DNA of 64,000 nt from Macrostomum lignano (taxonomy: Eukaryota). Position 1 is the first letter of the stretch. Each line of letters starts with the position of its first letter. The DNA lies in the NCBI GenBank assembly GCA_002269645.1, contig NIVC01000887.1, positions 1 through 64,000 on the forward strand. The letters are read 5' to 3'. Positions 44,441 to 57,100 of this stretch are shown here, in pieces. A model generated the notes under the pieces. That model did not search any database, was not told where the DNA came from, and saw only the letters and a list, made by a program, of their open reading frames with translations. A program made the position numbers and the translations under genes.

Positions 44441-46419
44441 AGTTTAACTTTATAGAAATCTGGAAGTTGGAAACGTTAATTATTTAAATACAAGTAGAAA
44501 AAATATACAATAGGTAAAGATTGAGTGCGTTTTGCTTTGGTGTTTTGATAGTCTGGGAAACTTGCAGCTGGGCGTTTAGTTCTAATAAATTTCTTTTTTC
44601 CCGTGACTTTAAATTTTACACAGTTCTGCTTAAACAAATTTTGAAAGCCTCGAATGCTATAAAACAGTTTTTATATTAAGTCATTATGTATGCGTTATGC
44701 GTTTCAGAAATACAATTTAATAACTTTTAGCTTTTAAAAGCATACTTTTAGATTTATCAGTAAAATGATCGAGGTCCCGTCGTTTGAACAGTTAAATCAT
44801 GAAGCAACGGAAGACAGTACAGGGTCAGGGTGGCTCAGAAGTAGCTATGCAACAGCAGATTCTTTTGAACGTTAAGATAAAAAACTAAAAATTAAATCAC
44901 AGCTCTCAGGAAGTATTTTTACACCCTGTGGGTGTATAGCTCTGCAAATTTAGCCATGAAAAATTTAAGGCAACTTTACTGACTGATATATATGTATAGC
45001 TAGGTTGCATTTACATGTGCATTTAAGGCGCGAGTACAAATTAAAGCATAAAATTCACTTTATACTATTATTATAGTAATACAATTATGTCTAGTCTTAT
45101 AGTGCAAACGTTGCCGTGGAACTTATTTGCAAGCAATTTAATTAGCCTCTTAGGGCACGAAATACGCAAGAAGCTTTAATAACGTATACGTCCCATGCAG
45201 AACTTGCATGGGGCCTGAATTTTATGCTATTACACATGTACATGTAGCCCAAAGTAATTGTCATTGCAATATACATGTAGCTATATAGCATTGTGAGACG
45301 ATCGATGCATATTTTATGCACGACTGAATTTACGTGTACATGTACTTTTGTGCAGACCACGGACTACTTGAGTTTCGTGAGCATGTACTTTTTCTATATA
45401 CTTGAAATCCAATCGACAGACACCTCGCCGACTGCAATAAGTCGTACATTACAGCGGGTTGCTACATATTTTTGAGAACCTTTTGAGGACCATTTCTCAA
45501 TGGCCACACTGCGCATCTGGTGTACAGTACGTACATGTACATATTATACAAGCATAAATAATTTAGCAATTTAAGTGCAAATAATTAAGCATACGGTTTA
45601 GGCGACTAGTTGGCAAATTAGTTTAGTAAGTAGTCCAGACAAGTGTGTACCAAGTCTTACTATATTGCTGGCATGCTGCGTGTTAACTTGAGCAATTAAC
45701 AAAATTGCTTTAAATATATGCTGCAGTATTCACACGTCATGTCGCTGTTTGATTTGGCACTCATTTTAGACAATGCAACGTTAGCGTACTATGCATGGTC
45801 TCCGTGTGTCTGAAGTGTCCCATCTGCAGAATTGTGATGAATGAGCAAATCTGCATGGCAGGACTAACATGTACCGAGCCGTATATACAGAATCCGGCCT
45901 GACTGCTCTCTACTGATTGATGAAGCAAAAGCACATATTGGTCAAAGTAAATCGAGGTAGCATATAGTAGAGGTGAAGCGCATTGCCTTATATACTGCTA
46001 GCAAAGTAATTACCATGACTGCGCCAACTTCTCGGGCATCACTGTAACTGTTCGCTTCAGTTGGGCCCAGAATGAATAGCAACTGCACAGGTGAGGTCTC
46101 TTAATTGCTCAAATCTTACTTTCTAACATGCGCCTTGCATACTGCTGCGTGATATTTAATGTTAGAAGAGACAGCTGTCCAAGTCAGCTTCTTAGGAAAT
46201 TACAGGCAATAGGGTCACCTCATGTACACTCGGGGAATAAGGAATAAGCTGGCAGATCAGATTTCAGACTATTTCTCCGTTGCTTGCTTGTCTCATCGCT
46301 CTGATCTATAAATGCTGACTTGCTTACAGTATAGTGTACGTACGATGCCTTAGAAGTACTAGTTGTACTCGCTTCGATTTAAATGGAGCACAGAGAGGTG
46401 AGCACGGAGTGTGGGGCAC

Positions 46420-46884
46420 TGAGAGTGGGTTGCACTGAGAGTGGGTTGCACTGAGAGTGGGTTGCACTGAGAGTGGGTTGCACTGAGAGTGGGTTGCACT
46501 GAGAGTGGGTTGCACTGAGAGTGGGTTGCACTGAGAGTGGGTTGCACTGAGAGTGGGTTGCACTGAGAGTGGGTTGCACTTAGAGTGGGTTGCACTGAGT
46601 GTGGGTGCACTGAGAGTGGGTTGCACTGAGAGTGGGTTGCACTGAGAGTGGGTTGCACTGAGAGTGGGTTGCACTGAGAGTGGGTTGCACTGAGAGTGGG
46701 TTGCACTGAGAGTGGGTTGCACTGAGAGTGGGTTGCACTGAGAGTGGGTTGCACTGAGAGTGGGTTGCACTGAGAGTGGGTTGCACTGAGAGTGGGTTGC
46801 ACTGAGAGTGGGTTGCACTGAGAGTGGGTTGCACTGAGAGTGGGTTGCACTGAGAGTGGGTGCACTGAGAGTGGGTGCACTGAG
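46420..46884. repeat. 16-bp minisatellite GCACTGAGAGTGGGTT
   Basis: Direct, nearly homogeneous tandem periodicity. Confidence 0.97.
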
Positions 46885-47168
46885 AGAATTTCAATCAGCG
46901 GAGTCTGTGCATGGCAAAGGAAATCGAGTCAAGAACAAATAAATTTAGAAAAATTGCAGCTGAGCAAAGCTTTCCGGAACCCCTGGGCATCTTTGCGGCA
47001 ATTGGATTCCTTGATCCCATGGGAACCTGGCTGGCACGTAACGCCAGGATTTATCCCAAAGCTGAATCTTCTAAGCATGAGAAATCACAGCTCAATAAAA
47101 TCTTATGCTAAAATTGTTGAGTCACCAAATCTTGACCCAGTGAAGTCGAGTCCTACTGAAGTATTGAC

Positions 47169-47723
47169 CAGTGGCGTTGCCAGGAATTTCAATTGGGGGG
47201 GGGGGCGGGTTGGCCTGGCTGGCCATGCCTTATGCCATTGCCACTTTTGGCGCCGCAGGCACTCATTTTAGCGCCGCAGGCACTCATTTTAGCACCGCAG
47301 GCACTCATTTTAGCGCCACAGGCACTCATTTTAGCACCACAGGCACTCATTTTAGCACCGCAGGCACTCATTTTAGCACCGCAGGCACTCATTTTAGCAC
47401 CGCAGGCACTCATTTTAGCGCCACAGGCACTCATTTTAGCGCCACAGGCACTCATTTTAGCGCCACAGGCACTCATTTTAGCGCCACAGGCACTCATTTT
47501 AGCACCGCAGGCACTCATTTTAGCGCTGCAGGCACTCATTTTAGCGTCGCAGGCACTCATTTTAGCGCCGCAGGCACTCATTTTAGCGCCGCAGGCCTCA
47601 TTTTAGCGCCACAGGCACTCAATTGCCTCTTGGTTTTTGGTACCTGCCGCGCCCAACCCCACTCCCCCCAGGCGATTGGGGGGGGGGCGGCCCCCCGGCC
47701 CCCCCCCCCTGGCTTCGCCACTG
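47169..47723. mobile_element. Non-autonomous hAT element (555 bp), TIR CAGTGGCG(TT/AA)GCCAGG, 8-bp TSD GTATTGAC, carrying an internal 21-bp array
   Basis: GTATTGAC at 47161-47168 and 47724-47731; 16-bp TIR with 2 mismatches; G-run subterminal motifs. Confidence 0.9.
47235..47615. repeat. 21-bp minisatellite CAGGCACTCATTTTAGCGCCG inside the hAT element
   Basis: Direct tandem periodicity. Confidence 0.95.
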
Positions 47724-48475
47724 GTATTGACGAGCCTGACTCCTTGATACACAAGGACTATTCAAGTAGGACCGGAAACTATGTTTCTTGAAAAGTTTTA
47801 GGTGGCAGGAGGAGACATCACGGATGCCATTTTTAAAATGATTTTTTAATTATCAATTAAATTATCATAGACTCCTAATTTTCTAAACGAAAAGCTCTCT
47901 GAATATCAATAGAGCTTATAAGAAAGGTAAGACATATAAAAAATGAACATTGGGTCTGGTTTCCTGTCAAAAGCTAATTAAGCTGTTAATTTCTGTACTG
48001 AAAATGTATTTACGCTCGTATTTTCGGTCAAATTTTTCCAAGAAACGTATATAGTTTCCCATCCTTCCACTTGAGGCTGAAGCAGCCTGCGTGTCCGACA
48101 ACAAAGGAAAATAGTAGACTCTGTCGATTTTCGACTTCTCTCTATCTATCCCGCAAAGATTCGATACAGCAATTCGCTTTATTTCCCTTTATTGTCACTG
48201 CCTTCTACTTGCTTCAACGATGTAACCCTTTTGACTGACTCCCGTATCACAGTCAGGCAAAGTTTCTGAGTCCCGCTTTCAAGACCTGTTTTTTTCCGTT
48301 TGGCACGCAATGTTGGACAGGGCCATGGGAGAGTAGCAGGCTGAGGGATCACTGATATATTTGGGTCTCTCCGAAAGCAGCTTTCTCTGCTGCATTCGCT
48401 ACCCGACTGTCTCAGAATTCCCACTGCTCACTGTGCGGCACTCTATCTTTCTCGCCGTCCTTTTTCACCTGCTCA

Positions 48476-49252
48476 AGTCCCTGTTCTCCCCGTCCCTGTT
48501 CTCCCCATCCCTGTTCTCCCCGTCCCTGTTCTCCCCGTCCCTGTTCTCCCCGTCCCTGTTCTCCCCGTCCCTGTTCTCCCCGTCCCTGTTCTCCCCGTCC
48601 CTGTTCTCCCCGTCCCTGTTCTCCCCGTCCCTGTTCTCCAATCCCTGTTCTCCCCGTCCCTGTTCTCCCCATCCCTATTCTCCCCGTCCCTGTTCTCCAA
48701 TCCCTGTTCTCCCCGTCCCTGTTCTCCCCATCCCTATTCTCCCCGTCCCTGTTCTCCAATCCCTGTTCTCCCCGTCCCTGTTCTCCAATCCCTGTTCTCC
48801 CCGTCCCTATTCTCCCCGTCCCTATTCTCCCGTCCCTGTTCTCCCATCCCTGTTCTCCCCGTCCCTATTCTCCCGTCCCTGTTCTCCCCGTCCCTATTCT
48901 CCCGTCCCTGTTCTCCCCATCCCTGTTCTCCCCGTCCCTGTGTAACACGCGGTATTTGGCAGCACCAAAAACACGAAGGCCCCGTGAGGCCGTGATCGCT
49001 TTATTTATGCAAGTTGAAGTTAAGCCTGCGATGTACATAGAGAGCGAACGTACATTAAATCAATACGATGATTCAGCTAATTATTTGTCACGATTGCTAA
49101 CAGTTTAGACTGCCTCTAAGGCAAGGAATAAAATATTACACCTGTTCTCCCATCTCTGTTCTCCAATCCCTGTTCTCCCCGTCCCTGTTCTCCCATCTCT
49201 GTTCTCCAATCCCTGTTCTCCCATCCCTGTTCTCCCCGTCCCTGTTCTCCCT
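48476..49252. repeat. 15-bp minisatellite CCCTGTTCTCCCCGT, interrupted by a solo LTR
   Basis: Direct periodicity on both sides of 48941-49140. Confidence 0.93.
48941..49140 (-). mobile_element. Solo LTR (200 bp), TGTAA...TTACA termini, 4-bp TSD CCTG
   Basis: Unique 200-bp insert in the 15-bp array; 5-bp terminal inverted repeat; CCTG at 48937-48940 and 49141-49144; AATAAA on the minus strand about 60 nt before its 3' end (orientation tentative). Confidence 0.75.
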
Positions 49253-49919
49253 GCCCTTTGTTATTTTTGTGTTCAATCAAGTTCGCAAAGGCACCCTATC
49301 ATAGTTAAGACTGCAGGCCGGCTAACTGAGCTCACACTACACTCTGCCCATGGCAAGCTACACAATACAAAACCGGATTCGGGTGGATGCATTCTTGCGC
49401 GTGATCAAAACAGCATGAAGGCCGATAGGAAGCGATGCTCAAGGCCCGACAGAGGAGGAGAGCGAGAGTACGAAGACCTGGAAAACTGCGGGGTCCGCAG
49501 AAACTTTTCACCACGCCCCCCCCCACCCCCTCGTGTAATTTGCCCTCATTGCCTGGGGGCAGGGGGCTTCAGTCACATATGCAGCAGCAGCAGCAATAAC
49601 TACTCGCGAAAGCAACGAGCAATGGGAAGCCGCAGACTCAGCATGAATAAGGGGCCGGCCAATCCCGAGAAAGCGAAATGCCTCCTCAGCCTCTGGGCAA
49701 AATCATTGCACTGAAAAAGAGGAAAATTATCAAATTTATTTGAAACTGCCTCAGCGGGTTAGCATAACAACCATATTCGCTTACTAGACTGGGCGATGGA
49801 GCCGGGCAGCTGTGCAGAGGCCTGGCGTAGGGACTCTGCACCAGCCGAACGGGCGATGGCTGTCCAACCGAGGGTCGACCAGGAACTTCCTCAGCAGCAG
49901 GGCCAGGAATTTTACGGTT

Positions 49920-50630
49920 TGTGACCTGGGCTGTTGGTCTCCTGTGTTACCTGTTCCATGACTTGTTGATCTCCTGTGTTACCTGTTCCATGATCTGTTG
50001 GTCTCCTGTGTTACCTGTTCCATGACTTGTTGATCTCCTGTGTTACCTGTTCAATGACTTGTTGATCTCCTGTGTTACCTGTTCCATGACTTGTTGATCT
50101 CCTGTGTTACCTGTTCCATGATCTGTTGGTCTCCTGTGTTACCTGTTCCATGACTTGTTGATCTCCTGTGTTACCTGTTCAATGACTTGTTGATCTCCTG
50201 TGTTACCTGTTCCATGACTTGTTGATCTCCTGTGTTACCTGTTCCATGATCTGTTGGTCTCCTGTGTTACCTGTTCCATGACTTGTTGGTCCCTGTGTTA
50301 CCTGTTCCATGACTTGTTGGTCCCTGTGTTACCTGTTCAATGACTTGTTGATCTCCTGTGTTACCTGTTCCATGACTTGTTGATCTCCTGTGTTACCTGT
50401 TCCATGACTTGTTGATCTCCTGTGTTACCTGTTCCATGACTTGTTGGTCCCTGTGTTACCTGTTCAATGACTTGTTGATCTCCTGTGTTACCTGTTCCAT
50501 GACTTGTTGATCTCCTGTGTTACCTGTTCCATGACTTGTTGATCTCCTGTGTTACCTGTTCCATGACTTGTTGGTCCCTGTGTTACCTGTTCCATGACCT
50601 GTTGGTCCCCTGTGTTACCTGTTCCATGAC
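49920..50630. repeat. 32-bp minisatellite CTCCTGTGTTACCTGTTCCATGACTTGTTGAT
   Basis: Direct tandem periodicity. Confidence 0.95.
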
Positions 50631-51164
50631 CTGCAGGGCTCCTGTGTACCTGCCCGTGTGACCTAATCTGTACACCTGTCCATGATCAGTGACATTCTTC
50701 TGACGGCCCGTTGTAGGAAAAGAAGCGAGGTACACAAGGGAGGATGTGAGCGGATAGAGTGACTTCTCTCCACAAAATGCTGCACTTACTTGATTGCAAA
50801 ACTGAATGAGGACCTCAGTTGCATAATTAGGGACAGTAATTTCTCTGGTGATCCATCGGAAAAAGGTTTCCTTATTAAAAGATGGCAATTAAGCGAGATT
50901 TAATTGGGCTGGAAATCTTCGCGTTGGCCAGCTCTGTCTGAGTTTTTTTTCGAACCCTTGTTGCTGCGGCTGAGAAGAGTTCGCGAGCTGATGAGGACTG
51001 ACGGGTTAAGACGGACTCGGTAATTTTTACCCGATTTTCTTTGCGTGAGGCCTGTGCTCCAATTAAAATGAGCAGCAGATTGATGGACAGCTCTATGGGG
51101 AGGCTCCTATTCATCAGCCATCAGCATGGGAATTCCTCATTGATCTCTCTCATGTCTGTCAGAT

Positions 51165-54100
51165 ATGGCAGATCCGCAGCCACCGCAACCGCAGCTGCCA
51201 CCTCTGCTGGTGCTGGAACCGCCCGAGGTGCAGCAGCCGACCCTGCTGAACGTCGGCTCGATGTCCTCGTCTTCGTCAATCAGCGGCGGCGGCGGCGGCG
51301 GCGGCGGCGGCAAGCGCGGCAGTTTCCATGCGATGTCGCGAGCAGCCGTTTCGCTTGACGCTTCCAGCCAAGCCGCCGCCGTCTCGACCGCCGGGTTGAC
51401 CAGCCGGAACCAGCGACAGCCGCAGCTCCGACCGCTTCAACAGCCAGCAAAGGCCTCGTCAAAGTCCATGGAGTCCTGCCGTCTAGTCGGCGTTGTCCTC
51501 GGCGGCGGCGGCGGCGGTGACAGAGCTGCTCGGCGTCGCTGGCCAAGTTTTGCTGGCTTCAGCTCCCAGCTGCTGGATTTCGCCGGTCGCCGCGACGCCC
51601 GGACCCAGGCAGGAGGCGTCGACGAGTTGGAGACTTGCGTCGGAGACGAGGCGCTGCGCCAGAGCTCGTCCAGCTACCTGAAGGAGCAGTTCTTTGCCTT
51701 CTTCCAGCCGTCAGACAACAAGCTGGCCATGAAGCTGTTCGGCAACCGGAACGCCCTGCTGAAGGAGAAGCGCCGGCAGCAGCAGACGGGCCGTTGGATC
51801 ATCCATCCCTGCAGCAGCTTCCGGTGCGTTTGAAATTAGTCGTTTGATTTCAGACCTACTCGTGTAGCGCGTGTGACTCTCACATCGAGGTACCCAGGTT
51901 CGATTCCGTTTGCATAGGTGACATTGAGGTAGAAGTTCATGCGCAAAAACTGTGTGCACCCTGGCGCACTTTAAGCGACATTGTCACACAACCAGCGAGA
52001 GGCATTACTGCCCATTCCGCCGACTCCCCTGAGCAGGCACACAAGCGCGCAGATACGTACGCAGTCATACGCACAGGCACACACTCACACAGGAGTGTAC
52101 GAGTACAGCGGCCCTAATTTTATTTATCGTTAGGCATGTACACTTCACTGTGCCTTGGGGGTTGGCCATCAAAGCCGTAGATTGGACGAGCAGAGCCAAG
52201 CCGAGATTCCAGTTGTCACAAATTAATGTGACTGCACTTGGAATCGAGCCTGGGCCGCTGGCACATCAAAGCGCCGCGCGGTTGGGTATGGTAATATTGG
52301 TTGAGCAGTAAATTATTGTGGCAGTATAATTCCATAAGCCCCGTATTTCTATATAACTAATAATAATAACTGATTACACCTGCCCTAATGGCAGATATGC
52401 AACCGACAGCTCAGCCGCAGCTATTGCGAGGCGCATCTGAAGGCTGCGTACGGCTGTTTAGTCCAAGGACTGGGGGGGGGGTCGCCACACACACCCTCAA
52501 TTACCCCAGCTAATGCTGGCACCCATTTTACAGCTGGGTGAACTGAAGCAATGCAGAGTTAAGAGTCTTGCTCAAGGACACAAATTGTTCCAGTTGGAGC
52601 GGGAATCGAACCCTGGACCTTCAAGTCGTGAGTTTGACACTCTGACCACTAAGCTACAACCCCCTTTAAAAATATTATAACTAAATTCGTCCATGTATAA
52701 GCCTTAGAATCTGACACTGCCTGCATAGAAATGACAAAACTTACTTCCTTTCAAAGCTTCTACTGGGACCTGCTGATGCTGATGCTGCTGATCACAAACC
52801 TAGTGGTGCTCCCCGTGGCGATCTCGTTCTTTAATGACGACCTGAGCGCGCATTGGATTGTCTTTAACTGCGTGTCGGACACCATCTTTATGAGCGACAT
52901 TGCTGTTAACTTTAGGACAGGTAATGACTATGAGAAACTGGGCGATGCGATTGATTCAGTGCGATCGGGAGCTCAAATGATGCGATTGATTCAGTGCGAT
53001 CGGGAGCTCAAATGATGCGATTGATTCAGTGCGATTGAGAGTTCAAATGATGCGATTGATTCAGTGTGATTTAGAGTTCAAATAATGCGATTTAGTCAGT
53101 GTGATTGAGAGTTCAAATGATGCGATTGATTCAGTGTGCTTGAGAGTTCAAATGATGCGATTGATTCAGTGTGATTGAGAGTTCAAATGATGCGATTGAT
53201 TCGGTAAGATTGGGAGTTCAAATGATGCGATTGATTCAGTGCGATTTATTCAGTGCGATTGAGAGTTCAAATGATGCGATTGATTCAGTGCGATTGAGAG
53301 TTCAAATGATGCGATTGATTCGGTAAGATTGGGAGTTCAAATGATGCGATTGATTCAGTGCGATTTATTCAGTGCGATTGAGAGTTCAAATGATGCAATT
53401 TATTCAGTGCGATTGAGAGTTCAAATGATGCGATTGATTCGGTAAGATTGGGAGTTCAAATGATGCGATTGATTCAGTGCGATTTATTCAGTGCGATTGA
53501 GAGTTCAAATAATGCAATTTATTCAGTGCGATTGAGAGTTCAAATGATGCGATTGATTCGGTAAGATTGGGAGTTCAAATGATGCGATTGATTCAGTGCG
53601 ATTTATTCAGTGCGATTGAGAGTTCAAATAATGCGATTGATTCAGTGTGATTTAGAGTTCAAATGATGCGATTGATTCAGTGCGATTTAGAGTTCAAATT
53701 CAGTGAGATTGGGAGTGATTCGGTGCTATGAGCTTCTATGACGCGATAGTAGAGTTGCAGGTTTAGAAACTCCCCCCCCTGTCAATCACCAAGGCGTGAT
53801 TCGAAACGACTTCGCCGACGAGATCATCCTGGACCCCAGGCAGATCGCCAGGTACTACGTTCGTTCCTGGTTCTTATTGGATCTGGTGTCCTCAATTCCC
53901 ATGGACTACATCTTCCTGGCGTTGAATCAGCGGAGCAATGTCACCCAGCTGGTGCACGCTGGTGAGTTGACCAATCGAACCCTCTGAGAGTTAATTATTC
54001 TCTGTAGAAGAAATATTGAATATTCGCTGGAGGGCTGCGGGGCATCCATGTTGACAAACATGCGAATCATGTTTCATGTTTTCTTATACAGTACTTAATA

Positions 54101-57100
54101 TTTTTAATGCCTTTCAATACAGGACCATTTGTCACTTTTTCAGGTCGAGCGCTGAAAATTCTTCGACTGGCAAAGCTGCTCAGCCTGCTGCGACTTCTCA
54201 GACTCTCCCGACTGGTCCGCTACGTCAGTCAGTGGGAGGAGGTGAGGAGGAGCAGCTCAGGGAGTACTCATGGCATGTTGGTGTGCCTGCTCTCAGGGAG
54301 TACTCATGGCATGTTGGTGTGCCTGCTCTCAGGGAGTACCCATGGCATGTTGGTGTGCCTGCTCTCAGGGAGTACTCATGGCATGTTGGTGTGCCTGCTC
54401 TCAGAGAGTACTCATGGCATGTTGGTGTGACTGCTCTCAGGGAGCACTCATGGCATGTTGGTGTGACTGCTCTCAGGGAGCACTCATGGCATGTTGGTGT
54501 GCCTGCTCTCAGGGAGCACTCATGGCATGTTGGTGTGCCTGCTCTCAGGGAGTACTCATGGCATGTTGGTGTGCCTGCTCTCAGGGAGTACTCATGGCAT
54601 GTTGGTGTGACTGCTCTCAGGGAGTACCCATGGCATGTTGGTGTGACTGCTCTCAGGGAGTACCCATGGCATGTTGGTGTGCCTGCTCTCAGGGAGTACT
54701 CATGGCATGTTGGTGTGACTGCTCTCAGAGAGTACTCATGGCATGTTGGTGTGACTGCTTTCAGGGAGCACTCATGGCATGTTGGTGTGACTGCTTTCAG
54801 GGAGCACTCATGGCATGTTGGTGTGCCTGCTCTCAGGGAGCACTCATGGCATGTTGGTGTGACTGCTCTCAGGGAGTACTCATGGCATGTTGGTGTGCCT
54901 GCTCTCAGAGAGTACTCATGGCATGTTGGTGTGACTGCTCTCAGAGAGTACTCATGGCATGTTGGTGTGCCTGCTCTCAGAGAGTACTCATGGCATGTTG
55001 GTGTGACTGCTCTCAGAGAGTACTCATGGCATGTTGGTGTGACTGCTCTCAGAGAGTACAGCAGTTGTTTTGCATCTGTGTTTCAATTCTTTTGAATATT
55101 TAGCTCGTTATTTTGTGCTCAAAACATTCAACTCGACACGCCCAACTTGCAGCTGCTGAACATCGCTTCAATTTTCATCCGCGTGGTCAACCTGGTCTGC
55201 CTGATGCTCCTGCTGGCCCACTGGAACGGCTGCTTGCAGTTTCTGGTGCCGGCAATTCAAGATTTTCCCAAGGATTCTTGGGTTGCTAAGCTCAATATTC
55301 AGGTAGGAAATTTTGGTCCTGGAACTTTCAGGAAAGTGCGATTTAAAGGTGAATAATTGAACAAGAGAGATTTCATACAAGAGAGACGTGAGAGTCTAGA
55401 GATGAGAATGGACAGTAGTGCGAGATTTTCGAATAGATATAAAGGGGAGAGTAGAGAGATAAAATAGAGGTGAGAGTCGAGAGATGAGATAGAGGTGAGA
55501 GTCCAGATTGAGATAGAGGGAAGCGTAGTGAGATGAGATAGAGGTGAGATTAGAGAGATGAGATAGAGGTGAGATTAGAGAGATGAGATAGAGGTGAGAT
55601 TAGAGAGATGAGATAGAGGTGAGATTAGAGATATGAGATAGAGGTGAGATTAGAGAGATGAGATAGAGGTGAGATTAGAGATATGAGATAGAGGTGAGAT
55701 TAGAGAGATGAGAATGGACAATCGTTGCGGATTTTTAACGAGACAAAAATGTCGACAAAAGTACATTCAATCTCCAACGCTGCGCACCGCAGGACGCTTA
55801 TTGGTTCCGGCAGTACACTTGGGCCCTGTTCAAGGCCATGAGCCACATGCTGAGCATCGGGTACGGCCAGCACCCGCCAACCAGCCTGAGCGAGGCGTGG
55901 ATCACCATCGTCAGCATGATGACGGGGGCCACCTGTTACGCGCTGTTCGTTGGCCATTCGGCCGCCCTCATACAGAGCTTCGACACTTCCAAGCGCCTTT
56001 ATAGGGAGAAGGTGCGCATTTCCATACAATGCTGAGTAAACATAACTTTCTACTGTTTAAGTAGTGTAGTTTGCAAACGATTGTCGAAATTTCCGCGCGC
56101 AGTTCAAACAGGTGGAAGAGTACATGGCCTACAGGAAGCTGCCGCGAGCTCTGCGCCAGCGCATCGCCAATTATTATGAGCACCGCTATCAGGGAAAAAT
56201 GTTCGACGAGAATGACATCCTGGGGGAGCTGTCCGAGTGCCTGCGGGAGGTGAGCATCGCGCTGGTTGAAGGACATTCAGGAATTCGGAGTCCACAGTTT
56301 AGGGGATGAAAAATAGCAACAAAAGAGTGCGGCCCCGCCGCTTGCAGGGATAGTGCAATTCCTGAGGCACAGTCAGTGTACATGCCTAACGATAAAGAAA
56401 GTCAGGGCAGATGTACACCCTGTGTTAAGTGTGTGCGTGCTTCCGCGTCAGCGGAATGGGTATGACAGCTAATTTGCGACAGAAACCAAAGCTACAATTC
56501 CCAAAACTGGATACATAATCCAATCCTTTTCTATAATAAAACCGTATGCCCACAATCATGCTCACAATCATTCTCACAATCATTCTCACAATCATTCTCA
56601 CAATCATCTTCACAATCATCCTCACAATCATCCTCAAAATCATCATCACAATCATGCTCACAATCATGCTCACAATCATCCTCAAAATCATCATCACAAT
56701 CATGCTCACAATCATCCTCACAATCATGCTTACAATCATGCTCACAATCATGCTCACAATCATCCTCACAATCGTCCTCACAAAAATACAAAAGTCAAAA
56801 AATGCAAAAATGCTCACAATCATCCTAACAATCATCATCACAATCATGCCCACAATCATCCTCACAATCATACTCACAATCAGCTCACAATCATCCTCAC
56901 AATCATGCCCACAATCATGCCCACAATCATGCCCACAATCATGCCCACAATCATGCCTACAATCATGCCCACAATCATGCTCACAATCATGCTCACAATC
57001 ATCCTCACAATCATCCTCACAATCATCCTCACAATCATGCCCACAATCATGCCCACTATCATGCTCATAATCATGCTCACAATCATCCTCACAATCATGC

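Noticed and set aside
54144-54241. HCN-like proton channel (HCNL) with altered S4
   Set aside because: The S4 basic residue pattern is the canonical invertebrate Ih pattern and the pore GYG is intact.
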